DNA of 64,000 nt from Alphaproteobacteria bacterium (lineage in GTDB: Bacteria > Pseudomonadota > Alphaproteobacteria > G965222575). The stretch is taken from positions 576,001 to 640,000 of the forward strand of contig OZ244958.1 in assembly GCA_965222575.1 (NCBI GenBank). The letters run 5' to 3'. The notes beneath the pieces were generated by a model. That model was given only the letters and a program-made list of their open reading frames with translations, did not search any database and was not told the origin of the DNA. Every line of letters starts with the position of its first letter. Positions within the stretch are counted from its first letter, which is position 1. A program made the translations under genes and the position numbers. Positions 48,521-58,164 of this stretch are shown here, piece after piece.

Positions 48521-49101
48521 TATCCTTCTATAGCACTGATGATAATACTACGAAACCGCACAATACTGTTCAAAGACTGTTTATTTTTTTGAGGGGAAAT
48601 ATCAAAAGAATGAATACGTAAGCCAAAGGCTTCTGTATCTAGGTAATGCAAGGCTTTCAAAAGGGCTTGTTCAGAAAAACAGGTAAACGAAACCGTGCCG
48701 TCAATGAACGAAGTCGTCTCTGCTTTCCCCTTAGATAAAGAGGTTAAGGATACCACAATATTTTCTATTTGCCCAATCTCTTGTAAACGTTGTTGTAAAA
48801 GAGAGGTTAGAAATTCTTGAGGCTTTTCCTGCCCACTATAGGTCTTAAGAGGCTTGATATACTCCAAGAGAGCCTCCAAAGACTCTGTATAGGTTTCCTC
48901 TATGTTTTGTTCACTTTTAAGCAATCCCCGATACCAGTTTATTGTGTGAGAAGTGCTTTGGAATAAGGGGGTATCCTCTTGACGATACAGCTCTATATGG
49001 GCCACGGCAATCCATAAGATAAGAGCACTAACCGCTACCCCTGTGATAACCACACTGTTAGTGAGTAAATAAGACACTATTGCAGGAAGATTTCTTGTCA
49101 T
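48520..49101 (-). CDS. GspM/PilO-like protein
   Basis: One TM, coiled region and C-terminal LLKALHYLD..LRIHSFDI pattern. Confidence 0.55.
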   Translation of the reverse strand: MTRNLPAIVSYLLTNSVVITGVAVSALILWIAVAHIELYRQEDTPLFQSTSHTINWYRGLLKSEQNIEETYTESLEALLEYIKPLKTYSGQEKPQEFLTSLLQQRLQEIGQIENIVVSLTSLSKGKAETTSFIDGTVSFTCFSEQALLKALHYLDTEAFGLRIHSFDISPQKNKQSLNSIVRFRSIIISAIEG

Positions 49102-49129
49102 CAGCCGTTGAGGGTCCTCGTTTGCGGGT

Positions 49130-49205
<76 letters not shown>

Positions 49206-49467
49206 TTCAAACCCCTTCTCTAAGAGGGATGTATTCTACAGGAGAGTCTCAATTGGAGTCAAGCTCAACAGGCAACGCCTTGACACAAGAGAGTCTTAAT
49301 TGAAACTCAAGAGTACCCCCCTCCCAACACAAAAGAGCTTTTGGGGTCAGTATGAGAAGATAGGCAATGCAGACTGTAAAGGAGACGATTCCCCTAGCAA
49401 AGAGGGCTAAGGGGGGGGGAACTCTTCTGAAAAGAGGCGGTAAGAGGCGGGACTTTCCTAGAAGGGG

Positions 49468-49764
49468 TTAGAGGTTGGAAGACGAAATTTTATGGTGAAA
49501 GTTCCAGTATTTTTCTGCTACTGCGATTCCGTTTTCTAAGGCTTTGACAATGGCTTCCTGATTTTGGAAGCTTTCTGGAGGTAGTCCTTTGGCAATGGAG
49601 GCTTTGGCTTCCGTAAGCGAGGTTGTGAGTGTGTCTTTTATGTGTTGTAGGGCAGTGCCGTCTGGGTCTTTAGCTAGGGTTTCTTCAAGGACTAGCATGT
49701 GTAAGGGTTCTTTTTTATCGGTTGCGGCTTGGGGGGAAATTTTTGGAGAAGACGAAGAGAGCAT
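49468..49764 (-). CDS. EscE/YscE/SsaE-like type III secretion needle co-chaperone
   Basis: LEETLAKDPDG..KASIAKGLPPESFQ..ALENGIAVAEK two-helix pattern recalled for this family. Confidence 0.55.
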   Translation of the reverse strand: MLSSSSPKISPQAATDKKEPLHMLVLEETLAKDPDGTALQHIKDTLTTSLTEAKASIAKGLPPESFQNQEAIVKALENGIAVAEKYWNFHHKISSSNL

Positions 49765-49808
49765 AGGACATTTTGTGTGTAGAATGAGAAGGTATCAGTG
49801 AAGATACA

Positions 49809-50777
49809 TTAGGATAAGAGGGTTGTTTTTTGATTAACGCGGGATAATTTTTCCAGTAAGGTTTGGATATCCTGTGGGAGAGGGGAGTTGAGGGTTAAGA
49901 GTTGTCCTGTTATGGGGTGTGGGAAGGAGAGGGAGGAGGCGTGGAGGGCTTGTCTTGTGAAGCGGCGTCCGATGGTCATTTGTTCAGAATTATGAGGGAA
50001 GGGGTGGGGAGATTGATAGGTTTGATCTCCTACGAGGCTGTGTCCTAAGGAGGTGAAATGCACGCGTATTTGGTGTGTTTTCCCTGTGTGGAGGAGGCAT
50101 TGTACTTTTGTCATAGTGTTCCATCTTTTCAGAACGGTGTATTCTGTTTGAGCCTTTTGTCCTTTTGGAGTGACACTCATGCGTTGGCGTTTTTTAGGGT
50201 CTCTACCGATGGGGGCGGTAATGATTGCATGGGGGTTTTTGATTCTTCCCCACACAATGGCTTGATAGCATCGTTTTATCTGGCGGCGTTTTAGGGCGTT
50301 ACTGAGGAGGAGGTGAGTCTGTTCTGTTTTGGCTACCATGAGGAGGCCGGAGGTATCTTTGTCCAGTCGATGCACAAGGCCGGGTCTTAGAGGAAGGCCA
50401 ATAGGAGATAGGGAACAGTGATGCAACAAGGCTTGTACGAGGGTGCCTGTTTTGTGACCTGCGCCGGGATGAACGACCATACCGGCAGGCTTGTTGACCA
50501 CAATGAGGGACGAGTCTTCATAGACGATATCTAGGGGAATCTCTTCGGCTATCAGGGTGGTATCTTTTTTTTCTAGGGGGTCTATGGTAAGGACATCTGA
50601 GGCTTTGATTTTATAGGCCCCACGCGTGATAGTGTCTCCATGAATACGCACGCCACCTCCACTCAGATGCGCCTTTAAGGCCGCGCGCGAAACCGGAGAG
50701 AGAATTTCTTTCAGCACATGATCCAGCCGTTTCCCTACATGATAAGGGGTACACTGTATTTCAAGAACAGAGGACAT
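49809..50777 (-). CDS. rluD: 23S rRNA pseudouridine synthase RluD
   Basis: S4 domain, VNKPAGMVVHP, HRLDKDTSGL and TGKTHQIRVH motifs. Confidence 0.93.
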   Translation of the reverse strand: MSSVLEIQCTPYHVGKRLDHVLKEILSPVSRAALKAHLSGGGVRIHGDTITRGAYKIKASDVLTIDPLEKKDTTLIAEEIPLDIVYEDSSLIVVNKPAGMVVHPGAGHKTGTLVQALLHHCSLSPIGLPLRPGLVHRLDKDTSGLLMVAKTEQTHLLLSNALKRRQIKRCYQAIVWGRIKNPHAIITAPIGRDPKKRQRMSVTPKGQKAQTEYTVLKRWNTMTKVQCLLHTGKTHQIRVHFTSLGHSLVGDQTYQSPHPFPHNSEQMTIGRRFTRQALHASSLSFPHPITGQLLTLNSPLPQDIQTLLEKLSRVNQKTTLLS

Positions 50778-50835
50778 GACTTCTTTAAGAGTTTTCTAGT
50801 AGTTTTTTCCCTATGGCTTCTTCATAATAGCAGAT

Positions 50836-51645
50836 ATGGCAAGATTTTCTCCAGCTTCCTCCTTTTTGCCTTCCTTAGAGGCTGTCTCCTCCATTGCGAA
50901 AAAGGCGGGGGAAAAAGCGCTCCTTGTGCGCCAAAAAGGCTTGAAAATCAAAACAAAACAAGATGGCAGTCGCGTGTGCAATGCGGATATTCTCTGTGAA
51001 CAGGAAATTTTAAGCGCTCTTGAGGAACTTTCTCCATCCATTGCTGTGATTTCTGAAGAACAGCAGTCAACCCTGTCTTCCGTGTATCAAACCTTGCCCT
51101 CTCTTTACTATCTTGTAGACCCAATTGATGGCACAGAGGTCTTTATCAATGGGGAAAAGGAGTTTTGTATCAATATTGCCCTCATTTGTGAAGGGTGTCC
51201 CATTATGGGGGTTATTTACCAGCCTGCGACAAAAAAGCTTTATCAAGCTTTTAACCAATCTCCCCGGCGGGATGATGACAAAATCGCTTACACCGAGTAT
51301 TTACAATTTTGTTCTGTGGTTGTGTCCGGGTGGAAGCTTAAGCGGAGTAAAGTCATAGAGGACTTGCTTGCGTGTACAAAGACTGTAGAACAGTACCTTT
51401 GGTGTCATGCCGCTTGTAAATTTGGGTTTTTGTTGGAGGAGCGTGCACAGGTGTATCCTTCCTTATATCCCTTGCATTATTGGGACACGGCGGCTGGGAT
51501 AGCGCTTCTTGAAGCGGCAGGCGGGGTGAGTGTGCATCTCCACACAAGCCTTCCTGTGCGGTATCATACGCCCTCTCTTATCACCCAACCCTTTTTAGCT
51601 TTTTCTCCTGCTGTTGTTGCTAAGAGGAGAAATGCTCTTTCATAG
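50836..51645 (+). CDS. cysQ: 3'(2'),5'-bisphosphate nucleotidase CysQ-like
   Basis: ISEE, LVDPIDGT, EFCINIALI and WDTAAG motifs. Confidence 0.82.
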   Translation: MARFSPASSFLPSLEAVSSIAKKAGEKALLVRQKGLKIKTKQDGSRVCNADILCEQEILSALEELSPSIAVISEEQQSTLSSVYQTLPSLYYLVDPIDGTEVFINGEKEFCINIALICEGCPIMGVIYQPATKKLYQAFNQSPRRDDDKIAYTEYLQFCSVVVSGWKLKRSKVIEDLLACTKTVEQYLWCHAACKFGFLLEERAQVYPSLYPLHYWDTAAGIALLEAAGGVSVHLHTSLPVRYHTPSLITQPFLAFSPAVVAKRRNALS

Positions 51646-52381
51646 GGCCTTCTGTTTTTCCATGAAGAAATTGTTGCACATAGGGGTTTTTTGTTTGGTG
51701 AAGGTCTTTGATGGAGCCTTGCCATAACAAGGAGCCTTCATACATCATGCCGACTTTGTCTCCGATGATAGAAGCACAAGCAAGATTGTGGGTAATGGAG
51801 ATACCGGTAGCCCCTAGAATCTTGACACATTTTACAATGAGCTGGTTGATTCGTGCAGAGGTGATGGGGTCTAGTCCTGTTGTTGGCTCATCGAAGAGCA
51901 GGACGGAGGGGTTGGGGGCGATGGTTCTTGCCAGGGCGGCACGTTTTTTCATACCGCCTGATAAAGACGCTGGATATAAAAGTGCTGTTGCTTCATTCAG
52001 TCCTACCCTTTCTAAGGTGGATAACGCCATGGGATAGGCGTCTTTCTTAGAGGCTTTTTTTTGAGCGATTATACCGAAGGCGACATTTTCCCAAACCCGC
52101 AAGCTATCAAAAAGCGCACCGCCCTGAAACAGCATGGAAACATGGCGGTAAAGAAACGGGTGATTTTTCGCAAGACTCACCTCTACGCCGTCCAGATAAA
52201 TATGCCCGCTATCCACCTGTAAAAGACCCAACAAACATTGCAGTGCCACCGTTTTCCCCTGACCAGAGCCTCCTAAAATCACAAAGGATTCGCCTGCCTT
52301 AACTTCAAATGATAGCTTGTTCAGAACGATTTTGTTTCCGAAACGCTTACACACACTATCAAAAATAATGGATTTTCCCAT
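51620..52381 (-). CDS. mlaF: MlaF-like ABC transporter ATPase
   Basis: GGSGQGKT, LFQGGALFDSL, LSGGMKKR and DEPTTGLDP motifs. Confidence 0.88.
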   Translation of the reverse strand: MGKSIIFDSVCKRFGNKIVLNKLSFEVKAGESFVILGGSGQGKTVALQCLLGLLQVDSGHIYLDGVEVSLAKNHPFLYRHVSMLFQGGALFDSLRVWENVAFGIIAQKKASKKDAYPMALSTLERVGLNEATALLYPASLSGGMKKRAALARTIAPNPSVLLFDEPTTGLDPITSARINQLIVKCVKILGATGISITHNLACASIIGDKVGMMYEGSLLWQGSIKDLHQTKNPYVQQFLHGKTEGPMKEHFSS

Positions 52382-52392
52382 GGGAGTCGTTT

Positions 52393-53184
52393 TTAACTAA
52401 AAAATAAAGCGGAAACCAAGTAATTCGCTGCGAGAATCATAATAGAGGCGGTGACAACAGAGTGAGTCGTTGCCTTTCCGACGCCTTGTGAGCCTCTTTG
52501 GGAGTAAAACCCGAAATAGCAGCCGCATAATGCAATAATCATCCCAAAGACACAGGCTTTAGTAAGTCCAGATAGCACATCTTGTAGCACGAGAAATTCC
52601 AAGCTTTTTTGGATATATAAGGCATTGCTAATGTTGAGTTTTTGGGTACTCACCAGCATACCGCCAAGGATACCCATGGCGTCAGCGACAATGGTGAGCA
52701 GGGGCATGGAGATGGTTGTAGCGATGAGACGTGGGGCTACGAGGTATTGTAACGGGGGTGTCGCAAGAGTTTTGAGGGCATCGATTTGTTCTGTGACGCG
52801 CATGGTGCCGATTTCAGCGGCTTGAGCGGCGGCAATGCGTCCTGCAATCATCAGTCCTGTTATCACGGGGCCTAGCTCGCGGGTAATGCCGATGACGACA
52901 ATGGCGGCGACGGTATCTTCTGCGTTAAAACGCGTACTGCCGATGAAAATCTGGAGGGCTAAAACCGCACCGGTGAAGAGGGCGGTCATTCCAACTACAG
53001 GCAAGGAGTTATAGCCGGTAAAAATCAACTGGTGCAGGGTATTTTGTAGATAAAAAGGCGGACGAAAGATCGCTATAACTCCGCGTAGACCAAAGAGGCA
53101 AAAATGTCCTATCTGGTATAGTACTGATAGGACATAAGCACCAAGAAGAGCGAGGGGGTTTTTAGAGGGTGAGCGAAAGGGCAT
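52393..53184 (-). CDS. mlaE: MlaE-family ABC permease
   Basis: RELGPVITGLMIAGR, AEIGTMRVTEQIDAL and GVGKATT motifs. Confidence 0.92.
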   Translation of the reverse strand: MPFRSPSKNPLALLGAYVLSVLYQIGHFCLFGLRGVIAIFRPPFYLQNTLHQLIFTGYNSLPVVGMTALFTGAVLALQIFIGSTRFNAEDTVAAIVVIGITRELGPVITGLMIAGRIAAAQAAEIGTMRVTEQIDALKTLATPPLQYLVAPRLIATTISMPLLTIVADAMGILGGMLVSTQKLNISNALYIQKSLEFLVLQDVLSGLTKACVFGMIIALCGCYFGFYSQRGSQGVGKATTHSVVTASIMILAANYLVSALFFS

Positions 53185-53185
53185 G

Positions 53186-54277
53186 TTAGGAGAGATAGCA
53201 TTTTTTAGCCCCCCCTTGTCCTAATCGTAACAGTAACTCATAGGGCATGGAAGAGGCTTGAAAGCTTGTGTTTTCTAGTGAAAGCTTGTTTCCTATCAAG
53301 GTGACGCAAGCCCCTCGCAGGGAAAAAGGGTTGGGAATATGAGAGACATCTAAAATGGACAGGTTCATGGACACTCTGCCTAAGATGGGGACAGGTTTAC
53401 GCTCGAAGTTGTCTAGGTGGAGCAGGGCTTTCGGCGGGTGTCTGCTCAGGGCGAAGGGGTATCCTTCTGCATATCCTGCTGGAATTGTTGCTACTATCTT
53501 ATGAGACTTGCACTCATAGGTACAGCCATATCCAATTGTGTCACCGGGTATCAGGGTACGGACTTGTAAAATATTTGCCTGTAGTTCGACCACGGGCTTG
53601 ATAATTTTTTTCGCTTTTGGACAACACGCCACGCCGTAAATAGCGATACCGGGTCTTAAAAGGGCGCCGTGGAAGTCTTCTCCTAGAAAGATACCGGCTG
53701 AATTGCATAAAGACCATGGTAGTCCAAAGGTTTTAGAGATGTTCACCAAATCGTCCCTTTGTTTTCTATTGAGGGGATTGTTTTCTTCTTCGGCGCAGGC
53801 AAGATGACTCATGAAGCATCGAATATTGAGGGTTTTGAGGAGTGGTGCGCACTCTTTGAGCATCTGTGATTGCAGACCTTGTCTATTCATGCCTGTGTCT
53901 ACATGGACAATGCAGGGTGGGGGGTGTGTTTGTGTTGCGGTGATGGTTGCCCATTGTTGTATTTCCATGCGTGTGGTGAGCACGGGATAGATTTTGTTAT
54001 GGAGAGCTTGTTGTTCTGCGCCGATTGGAATGCCGTTAAAGGTAAAAAAGACTGTATCAGAGGGGAGGTGGTTACAAATGTCTAGGGCTTCTTGCAGGTG
54101 AGAGACAAAAAAGATTCGACACCCTATGGCGCTGAGTGTTTTTGTGACGGACTCTGCGCCGAGGCCATAGGCGTTGGATTTCACAACAGCCCCGCAAGTA
54201 GCGTGAGGGCTTAAATCCCTTAGGGCTTTCCAGTTAGAAGCTAGAGCGCCAAGGTGAATGGTCACAATGGCTTGCAT
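53186..54277 (-). CDS. alr: Alanine racemase
   Basis: AVVKSNAYGLG, DTGMNRQG, MSHLACA, RPGIAIYG and GRVSM motifs. Confidence 0.95.
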   Translation of the reverse strand: MQAIVTIHLGALASNWKALRDLSPHATCGAVVKSNAYGLGAESVTKTLSAIGCRIFFVSHLQEALDICNHLPSDTVFFTFNGIPIGAEQQALHNKIYPVLTTRMEIQQWATITATQTHPPPCIVHVDTGMNRQGLQSQMLKECAPLLKTLNIRCFMSHLACAEEENNPLNRKQRDDLVNISKTFGLPWSLCNSAGIFLGEDFHGALLRPGIAIYGVACCPKAKKIIKPVVELQANILQVRTLIPGDTIGYGCTYECKSHKIVATIPAGYAEGYPFALSRHPPKALLHLDNFERKPVPILGRVSMNLSILDVSHIPNPFSLRGACVTLIGNKLSLENTSFQASSMPYELLLRLGQGGAKKCYLS

Positions 54278-55746
54278 TAAGCGGTCTGAGAATGGTCTAC
54301 GGGCGGTAAGGAGAAGGAGGTATCATCTGTAGTAGAAGAGAAGTGTGTGAATTCCGGGGTGAAGGCGACAATGATTTCCCCGGTATCGCCATTTCTGTTT
54401 TTTCCGACTATTAAGGATGCTTTATTGTGGACTTCATCACATTGCTTTTGCCATTTTTGCAATTTTTCCGTTTCGTTTTCCGGGGGTTTGGCATTTTTGA
54501 GGTAATACTCTTCTCTATAGATAAACACGACGATATCGGCATCCTGTTCAATGGCACCTGAGTCGCGTAGGTCTGCGAGGTTGGGGCGTTTATCGGCGCG
54601 AGATTCCACGGCTCTGTTGAGCTGTGAGATAGCAATCACGGGGATTTTTAGGTCTTTCGCTAAGAGTTTGAGGTGTCTGGAGATTTCTGATATTTCTTGG
54701 GTGCGGTTCTCAATGGAAGACGTTATGCTATTGCTTGCTCGTAGGAGTTGGATATAATCCACAATCAACAAATCCAAGCCTGTTCGTCGTTTGAGTCGTC
54801 TTACGCGTGCAGACAAGCGTGCAATGGAGCTTTCGGCAGAATCATCGATATAAAGCGGCAAGGATTCTAAGGATTCCACAGCGGGAATATACTGTTCTTT
54901 TAGTATCTGTGTTGATTCCTTAGGGTTTTTATGAAGGTTTAGGATTTTTTCTTTTGACAGCTGTGACTTGTGGCAAATCAGCCTCTGTGCGATTTCCGCC
55001 GCGCTCATTTCCAAGGAACAGAAAGCCACTCTTCCGCCTATTTTGCCTTGACTTTTGTAGTACAATTCTGAGGTATTCAGTGCAATGGTGGTTGCTAGAG
55101 CGGTTTTGCCTATACTAGGGCGTGCGGCTACAACGATTAAATTTTGTGGTAAAAGCTTTCCGATTTTTGCGTCTAAGCCTTGTAATCCCGTTGTGACGCC
55201 TTCATTTTTAGAGATTTTTTCTATTAAATCTTCGGCTTCTTTAATGGAATCCTTCATGTCTTTCGCGGCGCGGTGCCGCTCGCCTTTTTCACACAGAGCG
55301 TACAGCTCTTGCTCTGCTTCGTCTAGTTGTTCTTGTGCTGTTTGCAGGGAATCCATGTTATAAACGTTAGAAGAAATCTTCTCAGCGAGCTTTAACAGGG
55401 CTCTCTTTTTACTTAAATCCCATAAGATTCTCGCATATTCCTGAGCAGCGACTCCTTCTGTAGCATTCTTTGATAAGGTGTGAAAATAATGCGGGTCTTG
55501 AAGTTCTTGATAGCTTTCATTGTTCAGGAGTGTATTGTGCAAGATTGCCGGCGTGACCCCCATGGATTTTTCAATCAGTTGCTTGCAAATGCTAAACACA
55601 TGGCGATGAAAGGGGTCGAAAAAGTCCTCCTCTTTGATATAGGCTATTTCATCATAAAGACTATTATTGAGGAGAATTTTTCCTAGCAGTTGCATTTCTG
55701 CTGCGGGATTTTGTGGGAGTTGTAAGGAAGAGGAGGATTGCGCCAC
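54277..55746 (-). CDS. dnaB: Replicative DNA helicase DnaB (probable GTG start at 55746)
   Basis: PQNPAAE..LLG, AARPSIGKT, DYIQL, SQLNR and DLRDSGAIEQDAD motifs. Confidence 0.96.
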   Translation of the reverse strand: MAQSSSSLQLPQNPAAEMQLLGKILLNNSLYDEIAYIKEEDFFDPFHRHVFSICKQLIEKSMGVTPAILHNTLLNNESYQELQDPHYFHTLSKNATEGVAAQEYARILWDLSKKRALLKLAEKISSNVYNMDSLQTAQEQLDEAEQELYALCEKGERHRAAKDMKDSIKEAEDLIEKISKNEGVTTGLQGLDAKIGKLLPQNLIVVAARPSIGKTALATTIALNTSELYYKSQGKIGGRVAFCSLEMSAAEIAQRLICHKSQLSKEKILNLHKNPKESTQILKEQYIPAVESLESLPLYIDDSAESSIARLSARVRRLKRRTGLDLLIVDYIQLLRASNSITSSIENRTQEISEISRHLKLLAKDLKIPVIAISQLNRAVESRADKRPNLADLRDSGAIEQDADIVVFIYREEYYLKNAKPPENETEKLQKWQKQCDEVHNKASLIVGKNRNGDTGEIIVAFTPEFTHFSSTTDDTSFSLPPVDHSQTA

Positions 55747-55814
55747 GAAAAACGATTCTGTTGGTGATGAAGATTTTATTAGGGGGAAATAGTCTACACC
55801 GAAAGCATTTTTCT

Positions 55815-56183
55815 CTAAAGAGAAAACTGCCACTTTTTTTTCAAGGCGATTTTGAGTTTTTCTCGAAAGATAGTCATGAGGCTTAGTCCAGTGAGAAAGC
55901 GAATATCTGTAGAGGTCATGTGCGTTTCCTGTAAGAGGACTCTCGCATGAGAGAGGCTTCCGCGTTGGCTGGTATTTTTTCTGATTGTTTTGTACCATCG
56001 TCTTGGTTTTTCTGGGGGAGGTGTGTTGTGTGTGTGGGAGCGGGGGCGTGGGTGCGGTTTCACGGGGGGAGGTGTTTGCAGGCGTTTTAGGGCAAGGGCT
56101 GCATTGTTTCTTTCGCCTTCATAGGGGCTTTCAGCGGCTAGGCGCGCAAGTGTTAAGAGGCGATTCTTTGAAGGATTGAGCAT
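55815..56183 (-). CDS. Hypothetical protein: DUF2786-like N-terminus, Pro-rich linker, HTH-like C-terminus
   Basis: LARLAAESPYEGERNNA and MTSTDIRFLTGLS; fills the gap between ssrA and dnaB. Confidence 0.55.
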   Translation of the reverse strand: MLNPSKNRLLTLARLAAESPYEGERNNAALALKRLQTPPPVKPHPRPRSHTHNTPPPEKPRRWYKTIRKNTSQRGSLSHARVLLQETHMTSTDIRFLTGLSLMTIFREKLKIALKKKWQFSL

Positions 56184-56201
56184 GTAAAGTGACCTCGCAA
56201 A

Positions 56202-56493
56202 TGCCGGCCTTCTGTTGCAAGGTGGCCGGCGACCCCACTTAACCGCGTGCTTGCGGTTAAGATTTCACGTTTTCAAGCGAGGCTTGTGCTAAGCAGCAAG
56301 ACGCGCTTGTGCCATTGTATTATTGGCTCGTTATGATTGACCCTAAGCGGTGGAATCGTACCGAACGAAGCTATCACTCTTTAGACGCGCATCGAAGCTA
56401 TTTCACCCCCCTCGGTGGAGGTGCCGGGTACTGCCCCCGGGTCTGCTCGCTTATGACAGTGCAGGTTTATCGTTATAGTGATGAACCATCACA
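56202..56493 (-). ncRNA. ssrA: Circularly permuted two-piece tmRNA; tag (A)ANNTMAQARLAA*
   Basis: T-arm/acceptor 3' half GACCCGGGGGCAGTACCCGGCACCTCCA precedes GGGGGTGAAATAG; G3-U70 pair; tag ends LAA-TAG; 3' hairpin with GCAACAGAA. Ends approximate. Confidence 0.92.
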
Positions 56494-56499
56494 GCACGC

Positions 56500-56529
56500 A
56501 GTATAGCACAAGGACTTTACCATTTTCAA
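56500..56529 (-). promoter_or_regulatory. Putative ssrA promoter
   Basis: TTGAAA-N18-TATACT with extended -10 TG. Confidence 0.55.
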
Positions 56530-56666
56530 ACCCAATAAACTAAACAGGTGAGACTTCAAAAAGAGACCTGCTCTTGCGAGAATCCTTTAAGTAAAGATTA
56601 TTCTCCTTGTTTTTTTCAGAAAAACCCCCTATCTTGAAATAAATATCAGTAATTTTTGTTAGTTCC

Positions 56667-57409
56667 GTGATGTTTTTTAGGAGATTACCTTTTCGTTATT
56701 GCTTTTTGTATCGCTTTCAACAGACTTTTTTTTCGGGATTTGTCTGCTTTCTAGTTCTTCTAGGGGGGCAAGCGGCGCAAGGGAGAAGTGAGTCGTATTT
56801 TATGATTGGAGCTGGACAACTTTTTTTGGATGGGAACTATAGTAACACTCCACCTGTAGTAGTGTACCGCGAGTGATTGAGCTTGAAGCCGGTGGTTTTT
56901 TGGACAATTATATGTTTGAAGCGGCTGTAGGGTACAGATTCCTCTTAGGCGATACGGGCAGTAGCATAGGGGTGGAAATTTACCGCACACAGCAACTTTT
57001 GCTCCCCTATAGGAATGAGAGCATATTCATCTCTAGTAGTCGCCGAATACAACGGTTGAATACTGAGGATGTCAAACTGGACATATATGGGATTTCTTTT
57101 CCTGTTGGGGTTCGACTCAAGGAGGCGGCTTTGGGGAATTGGGATTTAAGGACTTATATCCTAGTAGGGTATATGGTTTCGCGCATTGAAGGGTTTTTTG
57201 CTGCTTTTGGTCTCGCCGGATGGCAACTCGGCGAGTTGAAAGAGAGGCATGTTTCCTTTGGGGGACGGCTTGTTTTACGAAAAAAAAGAGAGCTGTTCGC
57301 TTTAACCTATACGCAATCTTCCGTACGCTTTCCCTATGATATGGCCTATAGCTTTAAGCTTTGTAGTAGTGGTAATCTAGGAATCCAAAAGTTTGGAGCA
57401 AAGGTGTGA
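56667..57409 (+). pseudogene. Outer-membrane beta-barrel paralogue A (frameshifted near 56873)
   Basis: Signal peptide ORF followed by an ORF with EAAVGYRF, IGVEIY and ISFPVGVRL amphipathic strands. Confidence 0.6.
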
Positions 57410-57510
57410 TCCCTATGAGGAGGTTTTGGAATCAGAATACGATAAGAAAATAGGGCCTAAACGGGTTATCCGTCGTCTTCTGGTACAATATGGTTTTGTG
57501 AGATAGACTG

Positions 57511-58164
57511 ATGCTGTTGTGTCCCAATAAAAAACTTTTCAGAAGGGTATGCTTCCCCGCTCTTGCGAGTTGTTGGGCTTTGTTGTCTCCTACTATGGCT
57601 CTTGCTAAGAGTGTTGATGCTTTTCATTTTTCCATTGGGACCTCCCTCACGTATATAGGAAAAGAGCAGGGGATGTCTTATGGCCTGCAAGTGGGATATA
57701 ATCGTCCGTTAGGCAACGACATATACATAGGCCTTGATTTCCACTTTAGGAATTTAGGGCAATTTAAGAGTACGGGAGTGATTCCTGTCAACATCAAGAT
57801 GGGGGCTGTCTCCCTGCCCATTGGCGTGGTCTTGGTTGAAAATTTAGCAAATTGGCAACTCCTCTCCTATTTCCGCTTTGGTTTCGTAAAACTCAGCTTT
57901 TCCACTGCTGATGAGATCCCCTTCAGTAATAAAACTAATGAAAAGGTGTGGAATAAAAAAATGTGGGGAGTAGGGTTGCGGTTTACGGCCCATAAGACAG
58001 GCTTGATGGCAGCCTTGGAGTATACCAGAATAAAAGCGTATTTCCCCGATATGTCGGAGATTTCCCGAGTAAAGCTTCTGAACTATTCTTCTAGTAACCC
58101 TTCTATTGACTTTGAGGATGTGGTCTTACACCAATTTATGGTACAGGTGGGGTATAGATTCTAA
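57511..58164 (+). CDS. Outer-membrane beta-barrel paralogue B
   Basis: Signal peptide, LQVGYN, WGVGLRF, LEY and C-terminal VQVGYRF. Confidence 0.85.
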   Translation: MLLCPNKKLFRRVCFPALASCWALLSPTMALAKSVDAFHFSIGTSLTYIGKEQGMSYGLQVGYNRPLGNDIYIGLDFHFRNLGQFKSTGVIPVNIKMGAVSLPIGVVLVENLANWQLLSYFRFGFVKLSFSTADEIPFSNKTNEKVWNKKMWGVGLRFTAHKTGLMAALEYTRIKAYFPDMSEISRVKLLNYSSSNPSIDFEDVVLHQFMVQVGYRF

